DNA of 64,000 nt from Takakia lepidozioides (lineage: Eukaryota > Plantae > Bryophyta), in assembly GCA_030704615.1 (NCBI GenBank), contig CM060731.1, positions 15,562,001-15,626,000 on the forward strand, read 5' to 3'. The position numbers were made by a program, and so were the translations under genes. The stretch's first letter is position 1. Each line of letters starts with the position of its first letter. Positions 1 through 12,519 of this stretch are shown here, piece after piece. Below the pieces are notes generated by a model. That model ran no database searches. It was not told the origin of the DNA and was given only the letters and a program-made list of their open reading frames with translations.

Positions 1-2431
1 GTGGCAGCAGTCAGTTGTGTTGAGATGGCGTGATATGATCAAGTTAGTCTGGGCAAGGTGGCTAGCTTTCACTTTTTCCCACAGAGGGAGTGCATCAGAA
101 AACAGCTACAGAGCAAGAGGTAGAAAATGGGGGTCTAGTTTACTCCATTCTGGATTCACTTTGAATGTTTTTGTTCGGTTGACTCTCTCTGCGTTGTTGT
201 TGATGTTTGCAGATCCGTCTCAGGCAACAGCATATCTGACCATTTGAATTACCTTGGGGTCTATCTCAGGGCCAAGGACAATCAAATGGACTCAGTCTAA
301 TGGCCTCAGTCTGGCAAAGGGAAGATCTTACAATTCACATAGTATCTACTAGTCCACAAATCCCCTTCAAACCTCAGTGTGCCTGTCAATCCCTGGAAGG
401 CCAGCCACACAAGGAGTTATTGACACGAGCTATTGACACGAGCACTTGTAAGTGTGACGCTCTTATTCCTAATAGGTTGCTAGTTCCCTCATCTCTTGGA
501 TTTTCTCTGTGGTATTTTCCTGTGGATTCCATGGCTCAAGCAGCAGCTGAATCAACATGTCATATCATTCCACTTCATATTGTTGGTCAAATCTCGACGA
601 AGAGCAGCCATGATGTTCCTCTTCAACTGGGGAGTTGGGAGGGACGTGAGAACTTTACCATCTGCGAGATCCAACCTTGTCGCCAATTGCGGTTCTCCTT
701 TGGCAGAACGCACCTCAATAGAGGCCCCCACGTCACTAATCTCACAGGTATCTCAGTTACAGAAGTGTGGGTGCATACCGTGGGATGCAACCATTTCACT
801 ATGCATGCAAAGTGAACACTTTTAACTTTACATTGTTTTCCATAAGCACAATGAAATGGATACCCTAGTTCTTTCATTTATGTAAATAACATGTAATGTA
901 ACCCTAAAACAAAAGACGTTCTTCACAACAAGAAGACCAAGAAGACCACTGTAACCTTTGATGTCTGTCGGAGTTGTTAGCCATTGTCCAATTTTAACCA
1001 ATAAAACCATTGGTCGGTTTAAGTGCTTTCTGCTCTTTGTAGCCCTCCCAGACCTTGTCAAACTTCCTAACCTATCAAAATTGGCCAAAGAGGAAATATA
1101 GCAATCATCAGCTTGACACGGTCTGAAAGTTCCACAGATACAAAAGCTCGAACAACAATTCAAGATTGGAATGCATCTTGAGAGGCCAGAGAGCCAAGAA
1201 TCGGAAGAGGCCAGGGTTGTTCGACCTAACAGAAAATATCGGTTGTTTCGTAAGGTTAGCAGAGATGACGTTTCCACCGTAAACAACTTGAGTCACGTGA
1301 CTGACCTCCAAACCGCTTCCGCAGTTGCTTCTTCTCGTCAGGATCTGCAATGATTTCAATTTAATGCTCGACCCCTCTGATTTCCTCAGCTCTGATCTCC
1401 CCTGCCACTCTCCGGAGCTCACCTTCCGCTTCTGGTCTCAACTTCCGAATCGTCCATGATAGTGTCCATCTCAAGAGCTCAAGAAGAGAATACAAGGTTC
1501 GCTCCTTTCCCTGCTCTTTCTCCATACCCTGAACCATAAAACCCAGGTCCGACAAATCTGAATTGAAAGACATACGGTGAACTAGCATATTTTGGAGCAG
1601 AAGTGTCCTTCGGTTGCATAAGGAAAAATGATCTCAGACGGCAATGCATTTGATCGTTATACATATCAGGTCTTTTGAGCATGTCAACATCCAGAAAGAC
1701 TTTCTTCACAGAAAGAGAGATTCATCTCATAAAAAGAGGATTTGAATGCATAGCGAGCGGTCAAAATTTTCTGCTCCCACCTCACGCAACACCTTCACTT
1801 CTGGCTTGGGGGCACTCAAATCACACTTATATATAGTCCCTGATAGTCCCTGCGGTCAAGAAGCTGCTGAAGTTGAAAAAAATATCTGAGTCTTTGCGCC
1901 TTCCTGAGGTATCAATCACCGTACCAATCTCTCATGGAAAACGCCACTGCAAGGATCCTGTTTTTTGAAGGTCACGAACCTGAAGCTGGTGCTTAACATC
2001 ACTCGTATAGCACACCAGTACTTGGTGGCCGTTTACACAATTACAGACATGCAGAACGTAAAAAAGCTCAAACAATGTATTCTGTTCTAGAGTTGGTGAT
2101 GAGGTTTTCGGTCTTCTCCTTGAAGACAGACTATGTGTTAGAAAGTTGTCGTTACATAGTTGCAGCTTCAACATTCTAACACAAAGATAAAATAAAGTTT
2201 CTTTAGCATACACAACTCTTCGGGTGTAATTCGAGAAGTCACATAAATCGGTTGTGTAACCACTGGAATATCTACTAAGTTTGTCTATAAAAGAGAGTAG
2301 TGTCTCTCACAAAAGAACAGAAGAGAGAGAGATGGATATATATTAAATACGATAGACTTCTTGTATGATTAATAAGGTATGTAATTGTTGTCATAAAGGA
2401 TCTAGGTTCTCAATGTGTACAATTTGCTATA

Positions 2432-3125
2432 TGGTATCGGAGCTAGGATGAGAAGGTTGTCATGTTGAGACACATGTGAGTCGACTAAGAATAAATAGAA
2501 CTTTAGATGAAAGAGTCGACATAATGTCAATAGCTAGCACAAGTATTGATGGCCTTGCTGGTACATGTAGTGCTTATGGTGCTACTGGTGGTGGTTTGAA
2601 TGTCCAAGCCACCACATAAGTAAGTCACTCTACTCCTGACTTGTGAGAAAACGATAGATTCAATGGTTCTAACTATGAAGAGTAGAGCATTATATTTTAG
2701 AAGAAAGGGAGTTATGGGGCATAATGGTTGGAAGCATACCCAAACCTGCTTTAAATGCACCACCGGCAGATATAAATGCATATGGAATGTGGGAAATAGA
2801 AGAGCAAGGAATAGTATAATGATGAATGTGAATAATAACCACTTACATCATCTTGAGGGAGTGATAACAGCTCAAGAAGCATAGGAACAACTTGCTAATG
2901 TATTTCAGTCAAAGGATTTAATGTCCAAAGTATATATAATTAAAACTTTTTATGCATTAAGAATGGAAGAAAATGATTCAGTAGAGCAGCATGGGCACAA
3001 TCCCCGTTAAAACCTTTAAACCAAAAAAAAAAAAAAAAAAAAAAAAAAAACTTTCGCACATTTAGAGCTAAGATATCAGCTATAGGCATTGTCTTAGATG
3101 CAGCTATAGTTTTATTAACTACAAC
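2432..3125 (+). mobile_element. Ty1/Copia remnant: tRNA-iMet PBS plus degenerate gag (UBN2/Retrotran_gag_2-like)
   Basis: TGGTATCGGAGCT at 2432-2444 matches the plant Met PBS. Downstream reads ARNSIMMNVNNNHLHHLEGVITAQEA*EQLANVFQSKDLMSKVYIIKTFYALRMEENDSVEQH and, after an insertion, FRTFRAKISAIGIVLD, typical of Copia gag. No pol follows. Confidence 0.75.
2993..3050 (+). mobile_element. Short poly(A)-tailed retroposed insertion (LINE/SINE 3' end) inside Copia gag
   Basis: GGGCACAATCCCCGTTAAAACCTTTAAACC plus A28 (3023-3050) interrupts the gag peptide between ...SVEQH and FRTFRAK... Confidence 0.65.
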
Positions 3126-5565
3126 ACAATTTTAAGTAAATTTGGACTAAAGTTTGGTCCAGAAATAAGGAGAAATATCTGAATATATATTTTTTTAAAT
3201 AAAAAGGGATTGTAGCCCTGATTATTTTATTATATTTTTGGTTGGCCGAAAAGCCATTACAATTTATTTGGGACTATTTGGGGAAAAAAAATAAGGCACA
3301 CACACCGTGATCAGTGAAATTAGAACCCGTACCCTCATTGAGGTAAACTTGAGCCAAAGCGGCCCCGAACTTGGCCCCTCGAAGAGGGAAGTGTTAACCA
3401 TGGTAACCAGAAACGAGAACCCTAGGATCTATGCTACTACCCCGGAGGAAGAAAGAAACCGGAAGTCAACACATGAATACAAAGAGTAATGGCACCAGAG
3501 TGAGTTAGTGCACTGCCTAGGGATTGCTAATGCAATTACACCTGCCTAAACTGAAGACGGGAGGCTTTAGTAGAGGCTTTAATATGTATTTTTTAAATCA
3601 TTTAAATGAATTTAAATTGATCATTTTAAATATAAATATAAAGATATAAATAATTATTTGTCTATTAAATATATAATATGAGCAATAAAGAAACATTATG
3701 TATAAACTAATTTATATTTGGCTCATAAAGCAAGTTCCACTGTTCACTCGACGTTTAGTAAGAGTTGAATGAGATACCAACAGTCAGCAGCTCAGTTGGT
3801 GAAATGCACTGAGTGCCACCCAGATGATTATGGGGTCAAATCTTGCTAGTGACGGGTGTGGTATGTTCATGGGTGGTGTCCCATTCCAACGCCACATGGC
3901 GGGAAGAGGCGGGGTTACTGTGAAAGAGGTTATACTATTAAGGGGGCCTGATTTGTGAGCTGTCACTCCCAGGTGTTTCCATTACATTAATAAATAAATT
4001 AAAAAAACGGGTGTCGGGTGATAACTCGCTTCATGATCCGCGGCCTGATGGATGATTGGAGCACCAGTCATATTCGTAACCACGACTGAGCTTGTGAAGG
4101 CCGTCAATATATAACGTACAAGACAAATCAATCAAATATGTGAGCAAAACATGGCACAATGACACAATACCATGACATGAAATGAAAGACAATGGGGAGA
4201 CATTGATGATAAACAACCAGGTTTTATTTCAGAGCCATGTCAATTTGAGTAAGTCTCGCTCCATGCAGTATGGACCAATACAAGTAACGTAAACCATGTC
4301 AATGAGAGTATCAACTTCTAGAAGGAGGACTGAACTCCGGTAACACAAGACGATGTCGGCCGACGTACTTATGATGAAAATATTTTGAGGAAAGCCATTT
4401 CCCAAAATCACGATATTTTGACAAGGTTGGAGAGACAATTTTCAAATCTGTATTCTTCCGTTGTTCCGAAGGTTTTTGTCAGCAGAAGATGGAAGAAGTC
4501 CCTGAAATGCTATCTCAAGTATCGTGGATATGGTGATGACCTCACAAAAAATATCCTCCAATATTACGTCAACCAACAATGTCTTGTGCGACCGAAGTTC
4601 AGCTGTACTTCTCGAAGAATTGGTGGTCTTGCAGACTTTCAGTGAATCGCGAGATGATGAATTACTCGTATGCTCTTCAAAACATAATGTCCAAGTAACT
4701 GACCCTGGAGTAAGATGCTGAAAGTATCCAATTGGGGAGTAAATATGTTGTTCGTATGCTTCTGGAGAGTGGCTCGGTGGCGAGTACATTGATGGAGAGA
4801 GTGACGTTTTCTACGAAATCTTTAAAGAAATAGTGTCGGGTGACCAGTCAAGGTTCATCTGTGACGGGCTGTGGTACTTCTGACGATTTACTATAAAGCA
4901 CTCGTAAACTGTTCTCCAACTAAATAATCTCCAACTGAACAACCACCAACTAACTGATTGGAGCTGTCACAAACAATGTCAAAAATCCTACTTATTGCTA
5001 GGTGTTTGATACTATTGCTGTTCTTGTAGCTGAATTGTATAGTAGTCATTTTGTTGTTCTCATGTGAATAGTATCAGGTCCCCAGAGACTGTTATATTCA
5101 GACTCATGTATCAACCACGGCCCATCATTGACCAATATACAACCATCAACTGCATGTCAGCTGATAACTAGAACTTCGATTCATTGTATGTGACTCTAGA
5201 AAAACACCCTAGCCCACAAGTAGTTGGCCAGCAGCTTGAGATATTTCTCCGGACTGTGATTGAATGAATTGGAGATTTCATTCTTAGCTGATGGTTTCAT
5301 GTAGGTGGTGTCTGATTCCGATTTCGGAATATGACAGTCTCAGTGGACCTAATGTTGTTGGAATAGGAAGTCCGCTTTTCGAACCACGAGTGATCGCGCG
5401 ACAGATCTCTGCCTCTACCACCATTGAGAACCACAACAAGCCGAGTGCATCCAGATGTCAATCAACCACAATGGTGCCATCAGTTCGTCAGGGAAAGAAT
5501 TTTGAAACCGCCATAATTACTTCAATCCATTTGAAGAGATATTTTAACAGAGCTTCCGCTCAGGA

Positions 5566-7998
5566 ACATTGATGACATCATCGTCTTTAGTGCTACGGTT
5601 GAGGAGCATGAGAGACACCTTCATGTGGTGTTTGAACGCTTGAGAGCGCATGGGTTGAAATTGCACCCTGGGAAGTGCAAGTTCTTCCACAACCAGATTG
5701 AGTATCTGGGCCACATGATATACCCTGGAGGATTGGGTGTTCAAAAGACGAAGGTGGAGGCCATTGCATGCATTCCACGCCCCATAGATGTTAGCAGAGT
5801 TCGTGCTTTCATGGGGTTGACAAACTACTATCGACGGTTTGTCAAGGGATTTAGTAGCATTGCAAGGCTCTTACTAAGTTGACCAAGGTGGATCAGGAGT
5901 GGCAGTAGGAGGAGGAGCAGGAGGAAGCATTTGAGGAATTCAAAGCTCGATTGACTTCTGCAGCTATTCTGAGGCGGCCTATTTGGGGGCGGCCTTTCCA
6001 GCTACATACGAATTGGAGTATGCTGGGGATTGGAGCAGTGCTCACACAGGTGGATGATGAGGGAAGAGAGTTCGTAGTGGCATATGCTAGCCGCTCAAAC
6101 AATGATGCCGATGCGAAGTATAGTTCTTATGAAGGGGAGTGTCTAGCTGCGGTATGGGCAGTGGCACATTTCAGATGCTACCTCTATGACAATCTTTTCA
6201 CCCTTGTCACGGATCACCAACCATTGAAGTGGTTGATGGAGTCAGACAAGCTTACAGGGAAGCTTTCACGATGGGCACTTATGCTTCAAGAATACGACTT
6301 TTAGGTGGTGCATCGAGCCGGTATTGTCAATTGGGATGCAGATGGATTGAGTCGTAATCCATGTACGAGCGAGCATGATGATACTGGAGCTCGGTGGCAT
6401 GGTGAGACGGATAAAGAGATGGTGCCAGGATGGCATGCATCTGCCTTTTTGTGCATCCTAGCAATGGGAGCTCAAGCTGGTCCATCCCATAACATTGGTC
6501 ATGTAGATGGTGTGCATGACAATCCGGAGATCAGTGAGGAGCTTGGTGGTGCTAAGGATGTGCATGAAGATGCAGCAGTGTTGGCCTACCTTCGTACTAG
6601 AGAGACAACAGCCAGTGTGACTGCTAAGGAGAGAGATCGGATCCTACAACGAGCCAAGAGGTTCAAGTGGGAGGGGACTCACCTACTCCGAATATGGGAG
6701 GATGGACGAGTGAGGATTGTGCCTCATCCATCACAACGAGCGCGATTGGTATGCCATGCCCATGAGGAGTTGGGACATTTTGGGATGCGGCGCATTCATA
6801 GTTTGCTGCAAGGACAGTACTGGTGGCGGGGCATGCACACGGATGTGCAACAGTTAGTGGCAAGGTGCATGGTGTGTGATAGAGTGCGAGCTTCTTTCAA
6901 TGCACCTACTCCACAATTGCATCATTTACCCATTATGGGTTTGGGCTATCGTTGGAGTCTTGACTTCACAGACCCATTGTCACTAACGATTCGCCATAAC
7001 AAGTATGTGCTGGTGATGGTGGAACATTTCTCCAAGTGGATTGAACTGGTGGCATTGCCTGACAAGGCAAGTGAGGGGGCTGCGTATGCATTCTTAGATC
7101 GAGTGCTTAGCCAATTTGGTGCTCCAGCCGAGGTACTCACGGACCAGGAGAGAGAGTTATTGGGGGAGTTTCAGGCTTTGTGTAAGCAAGCCTTGATAGA
7201 TCACCGCACTACTTCTCGGGATCATCCCGAGGCTGATGGTCTGGCAGAGAGGGTTGTACAAACAGTCAAGCGAGGCTTGTGCAAGTATGGCTTGCAGAAG
7301 GGACACTTAAGAGATTGGGACCTTCAGCTACCTTGGTTGGCCATGGGCTACAGGTTTAGCAAACAAACATCACTTGCCTCGTTCTAGCCTTATTTCCTTC
7401 TCTTTGGCCGAGAGCCAGATTTGCCTGCATCTAGACTGCAGTAGTTCTCAACCTTGATAATCCGGATGTATGGACACAAGCATGTGCCCAGCGGGCAGAG
7501 TTGTTCAAGAGAGTCATGCCTAAGGCTTTTGAGAACCTTGCTATTGCCCAACACCGAGACACATTGAGGTACGCCATTATACGTGGAGGGGGATATCGGC
7601 CAGGTGATCGGCGTTTCCACCCTGGGGACTATGTGTATCTACAGCAAACAACGTCTATGACTTTGGATGTCAAAGCAGGGCGTATGATTCTAAGGGTCCG
7701 GGAGGTGTTGCCTTCAGGAGTGTTGATTCTGGAGGGTTGAGATGGCATGGTATGGAAGGACCATGTGCGCAATTGTGCGCCATGTCACCTTCCACATGTG
7801 GATGGGAGGATAGATCCCAACCTTGCAGTGGTACCTGCAGGGTTGCGTTGCATGCTATGTGGGCAAACTGGTGGTGCCGCGACCATGTTGGTGTGTGACA
7901 AATGCTCAAGGGGGTGGCACATGGGATGCTTGACACCGCCACTTGAGGAGGTTCTTAGTGGAGAATGGTTGTGTCCACGATGCCTTGGACATAGGTAG
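5566..7998 (+). pseudogene. pol: Gypsy pol remnant (RT-RNaseH-integrase-PHD) with several stops and frameshifts
   Basis: ORFs 5625-5882, 5951-6304, 6305-7387, 7501-7740 and 7747-7998 are consecutive parts of one polyprotein. The C-terminal CMLCGQTGGAATMLVCDKCSRGWHMGCLTPPLEEVLSGEWLCPRC is a C4HC3 PHD finger. Confidence 0.92.
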
Positions 7999-8240
7999 TA
8001 GATATGACAATGGTGGAATTGACAAGTGATCCAAGGTCTAGCTGATGGGAGCTCAACGCCTTGGATACTTAATTGAAGATCATGGATTGTAGGAAGGCGA
8101 GTAACGATGGGGCTACTTTTGCACCCGACCTCTTGATCTATTGACTTTAGATACTGGGACATGTGCGATTGAAGACCAAACGATGATTTTATTGAGATGG
8201 ATACTTGTCAGCTATCCGGTCACCAGCTAGGGGGGGCGAT

Positions 8241-8762
8241 TGTGGCATAGCTTTCTAGGATTGAGTGCTTAGAATGTATGGTGGACAGCGATGTATGTTG
8301 TGGCACGATGCTTAGGTGCACGACAGCTGTCATGATTTTAGTCATGGTTAACTAGAATTACCTACTTCTAGTTAACTAGGACATTTTGGATATTTATATT
8401 TGTATTTTGTGTGTTGGGACTTCATTTGGTCTCACATGCCAAGTGAGGTGTCAAACCTCACTTGGGACATGGGGATGGGTTTACCCCTTGTGAGTGTTGA
8501 GGAGGGCTCATCTTCTTGTAGTTGAGCCTCCATAGCTCTAGGTATTGAGAGGGAGTGTGGTGAGGGCTTTGTAGGGTGGATTCCTTTAGTAAATGAGCCC
8601 TTGGCTTGACTTAGTTTATGTGATTGAGTGGATTCATGAGTGGAGTGTTTCCATTGTGTGTTCACTTCCATTATCATTGTGGCATAACTTTCTAGGATTG
8701 TGTGCTTAGAATGTATGGTGGACAGCGATGTATGTTGTGGCACGATGCTTAGGTGCACGACA
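8241..8762 (+). repeat. Terminal X-Y-X structure: 85-bp direct repeats (8241-8325, 8678-8762) around a 350-bp Y block starting TGTC at 8328
   Basis: The two X copies (TGTGGCATA...GCACGACA) differ at 2 positions; junction CACGACA-GC-TGTCATG at 8319-8334. Confidence 0.9.
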
Positions 8763-9952
8763 GGGTTCTTCTCTTGAGACCGAGCACACATGCATCATCT
8801 CTCTACAACAATCTATCTCTGCACAGTTCAGGCCCCTTTGAGACTCCATTAGTGAGCTCCCCCTTCAGCCACTAGAGCAGAGTTGTCTAGAGCAGGTCTG
8901 TTTTCATCAACTATATCAGCGATCCACCTTGTCCCTCCCTGTGTTGCTTGCTCTCTCCCTTTCAACATACAAAGGTGTCTTCCCCATGGAACCCTCCTTT
9001 ACAATTTCTCTTTGTGTCATTCATATGAAGTAAGGTAAGGGCTATGGGGGGGTTGCATGACAGAGGCAAGTGGACTTTTGGCTGATCTTCAGGGCAATCA
9101 GCAAACATACTTGCCAACCATAGTTTCCACTGATCAACTCTGAAGAAGCCGGTTGTAGTGTGGTATGTAGAGCAACAACTTAGGTCATTAGGGTTCGTCC
9201 GAGGGTGGGAGAAATTAAGAGCCTCTTGTTTCTCAAATGTATAGTTTGAAACAAATACCTGTAAGTTCAACAGCACTGCGTAGCACTCCTGCAATGGTCT
9301 TTCCCTCAAAGATCTCCGTATGTAACTTGGACAATTTTTCTCTCACTTCCACCTATAAGCTTCCATCATTCAACCTTCTGAGACTCTTTTCCTCCTTCCC
9401 TAGTAACAGATAGACTGAGCTCTGTATTTAAGGATATCCAGGCTTTTATGCCTGCAGGTAAGTGCACAGTGACTATGTCATGCTAATCAAATGTGACACA
9501 GTTTGCCATCCCATGGACACATTGACACAGGGTGTGCTGCATGGTGCTGGGTGATGACAGTCAGTTAGGCTTAGGGCTACTTCATTGTCAGGCTATAATA
9601 ATCAGCAGGTTGGAATCCAAATACCATTTCAGAAAAGGAAGTAAGGAAGAGATGGGAACCAGGAGCAGAAGAGAATCTTTCCTTCTTGCCTCTGTCACAT
9701 ACACTCACCCCTCTCTAACATCAGTATCATGATTCAGTCCATTCGCATCTACAAAGCAAATCCAACGAGCTCAACCAGTATAAGAGTTTCACTCGAGTCT
9801 TTGAAAGTCGCCGTCTCTGCGAGGTTCCGTTACAACCGACACACAAAAATGACGACGATGACCTGGCTGACGACGATGGCGTGGTACTATGGCACCCTGC
9901 TCTACCCTAAAATAGCTCTCGACCTTCGGTCGTCGCTAGAATTACAACCTCC

Positions 9953-10235
9953 CCTATCACACATCAGCCTCCAGCTCTGTGGTCATGTTGCTGTTGATAT
10001 AAGACAAGGCAGCGCTTACCAAAATTTTCCTATTACACATCAGCCTTCAGTTCTGTGATCATGTTACTGTTGATGTCGGACAAGGCAGCGCTTACCAAAA
10101 TTTATCTATCACACATCAGGTTCTGTGATCATGTGACTGTTGATATAGGACAAGGCAGCGCTTACCCTATCACACATCAGCCTCCAGCTCTCGCTGATCA
10201 TGTTGATATGAGACACGGCAGTGATTGCCAAAATT
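9953..10235. repeat. Tandem minisatellite, ~76-bp unit, ~4 copies
   Basis: Unit CCTATCACACATCAGCCTCCAGCTCTGTGATCATGTT...GACAAGGCAGCGCTTACCAAAATTT starts at 9953, 10029, 10105 and 10166. Confidence 0.9.
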
Positions 10236-10523
10236 AGGATAGCACTAAATCGGCCAACCGCTTGGTAGCTTTTCATTCAAGTGAAGAACAGAAGAGCATC
10301 TGTGCCAGGTGGAATCGCTCATCCCACAAGTCTTACACTGTGAAGCCTTGGCCATTTAATTACTCACTGCACAGAAGCTGAGCATGTATACCAGAGTTTG
10401 TCTCTGATAGTGTGTGCCCAATTTGGCAGGGTGCACACTGCACACAATCAGTGGGCAATGTATGTTCGTCTACATGTATACATATCTAGGAAAAATTCAG
10501 CCAGACTTTGCATAGCAGCTCCA

Positions 10524-12519
10524 TCAAGGATGCCTGCCGTTTTGTAGTTGCGACAAGATAGATGAGAAGCGGCGCTCATCGTGAGCCTCATCATGTACAG
10601 CGTTCTGCAGATCTTCTCGGAAACCTTCCAGCATCTCCACAACTCGAAGCACATGGCTGCACGTGAGTGGCTCAGAGGAGCTCTTAGCCCAGGTCTGTGC
10701 AGTCCGAATGCTGTTTCTGATCTCGCGACCATTCAGCTCATGCTCAGAAAACAAGTCCAGATCAAAATCGGTGAGGCCAGCGCGTCCAAGAAAATTCCCC
10801 CAAACCTTAGCGCGTTGTGCGGAGGAGAGGCGGTGATAGCGCAAAAACAAGGAGATTCGCGAGCAGAAGGCATCATCAAAAGTTGTGACACGGTTGGTTG
10901 TGAGGAAGAGCACACCCCGATAGTATTCAAGGAGGCGGAGAAAGATTCCAGTCATAGTGTTGCGCATTGGGTCACCACCTGAAGTGCGCTTCTCTAAATA
11001 GATGTCCGCCTCATCGAGGAGGAGGACTGCACGCCAGGAAGATGCAATGTCCAGGATCTGAAGGAGCTTCGATTCCAGTTGGTCTGCTGTTGCCCCCAAC
11101 TCTGAAGCACTGACAGACCAGAGTGGTCGGTGCAGCTTCTCTGCAACTGACTCAGCAGTAAGTGTTTTTCCTGTGCCAGGTGGACCGTAGCAGAGGAAGA
11201 CACAGCCTTCCCCCTTGTTGGATATGAAGTCTATCGGCTGAGTCCTGTCCGTTGTTGTGGCAAAGGTGTTGTCGTTATCAGAGGTGCTGTTTGTTGGCTC
11301 TGGGGATCCTACATACTGGGTTACTAACCCAAGAAGCATCTTCTTTTGCACCTCGTTATTCATCACCAAGTGCCGATCGTAAGCGTGGTCGTCAAATGAA
11401 ATCTCACTGAACCCCGTGACTTGGAAGCAACCCCATTGCTTGAGGCTGAAAGAGAATAAATTCAAGACGGACCAGGGAACCTTCGAAGTGCTTGAAGCAA
11501 TGAGGTTGCGTGGAGAGCTTGTAGAATTTCTTGCCATTAGCCAGAAACGCAGATTCCATCTGTTCCCTTTCGTCAACAAATCTCATTGGGCATACAGGGA
11601 GTGAAGTGAACTGGCGCTCATTCTTGAATTGTGGAATGGTACGCTCGACCATGCACTTGCGGTAGCTTTGGCCATTGTAGTCCATGACATCCAGTTCCAC
11701 CAGAAGTTTCTTCCCCTGCATGTCTTTGAAGTACCAGATCCCGCTAACGGTGGCGCACACCTGCTGACCAGACATCTCGCAATGGTAGTAGACCTTCTCT
11801 CCGGGGCAAAGGAAAGCCCACAGCAATTCCCAAGAGGTGGTGCCCTCGCGCAGCATCCGTTCGTAGTACACCAATGTGTCGTTGTATTCCATCTCCAGAA
11901 AGCGCATCAAATGACTCAAATGCAGCCTCGCAGCGGTCTCCCCTTCTTTGAGAGTAAAGTTACGTAGTGTGTCAATGGCGAGGAAGAGCTCTTGACCTTG
12001 GATTTTTGGCTTGTCAATAAACACTTCCTTGTTAAGTGGCAAGCAATTCTTCACAATTTCGATGAGGTGGGAGGAGAAGAGGGTGACCGAAACTGCATCG
12101 GGCCAGTCTTGTTCTCGATTGTAGACCACTTCGAAAGGACTTTGTTTCGACTTCTCTTTACCTCCACTGGTTCTCAACTTGCGCTGCTTACTCCAGGTTG
12201 CTTTTGAGTACCACTCGTCGTAAGCTGGCCACTCCCAGTCAGGATCCGTCACCTTCTTTTTCTCCTTTTTCTTCTTCTTCTCTTTTTTGTTCCCCTTCTT
12301 GTCATTCTTGTTCCTTAGTCCGCCAGGAGACTCTCCCTCTTCCTCTTCCTCCTCCTCCTCCTCTTCCTCCTCCTTCTCTTCCTCCTCCTTCTCTTCCTCC
12401 TCCTCTTTCTTCCCGCTCTTCTCAACCTTGGGCTTCCCCTGTCCTCTCAGGGTTCCCAGCTTGTAAGCTGAGCCCACCAAGCACAACACGAAAATCCCAA
12501 GGATGATCAGAGGATCCAT
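10524..12519 (-). pseudogene. Intronless AAA+ ATPase of the fungal-type family (N-terminal membrane anchor, acidic/Lys tract, conserved N-domain, AAA core), split by a frameshift near 11450
   Basis: Walker A GPPGTGKT, Walker B LLLDEAD, LRLLEYYRGVLFLTTNRV..FDDAFCSRI, lid LNGREIRN; N-domain SWELLWAFLCPGEKVY. ORFs 11404-12519 and 10524-11579 overlap in different frames. Confidence 0.85.

Larger units (their letters stand above)
5566..8762 (+). mobile_element. 5'-truncated Ty3/Gypsy element (same family as 48013-57950): RT C-terminus, RNase H, integrase, PHD finger, PPT, X-Y-X terminus
   Basis: IDD of RT at ~5568; RNase H FQLHTNWS...AYAS...TDHQPL; integrase H-H-C-C and core; PPT AGCTAGGGGGGGCGAT at 8225-8240; peptides closely match 55270-57500. 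Confidence 0.93.

Noticed and set aside
300-1760. ORFs at 300-815 (+) and 828-1709 (-) as genes or a retro-protease
   Set aside because: Only vague similarity (VPLQLGSWEGRENFTI); no catalytic motif or recognisable domain.
9030-9460. Degenerate host exon ending GYPGFYAC with a GTAAG donor
   Set aside because: Multiple stops and no family I can name with confidence.
9953-10235. Regular repeats as a CRISPR array
   Set aside because: Units are contiguous with no unique spacers, there are no cas genes, and the context is eukaryotic. The 76-bp period also argues against a coding repeat.
11410-11500. Intron rescuing the AAA ATPase frameshift
   Set aside because: Nearby GT...AG pairs are 27-35 nt and in the wrong phase; a phase-correct donor would remove conserved sequence.
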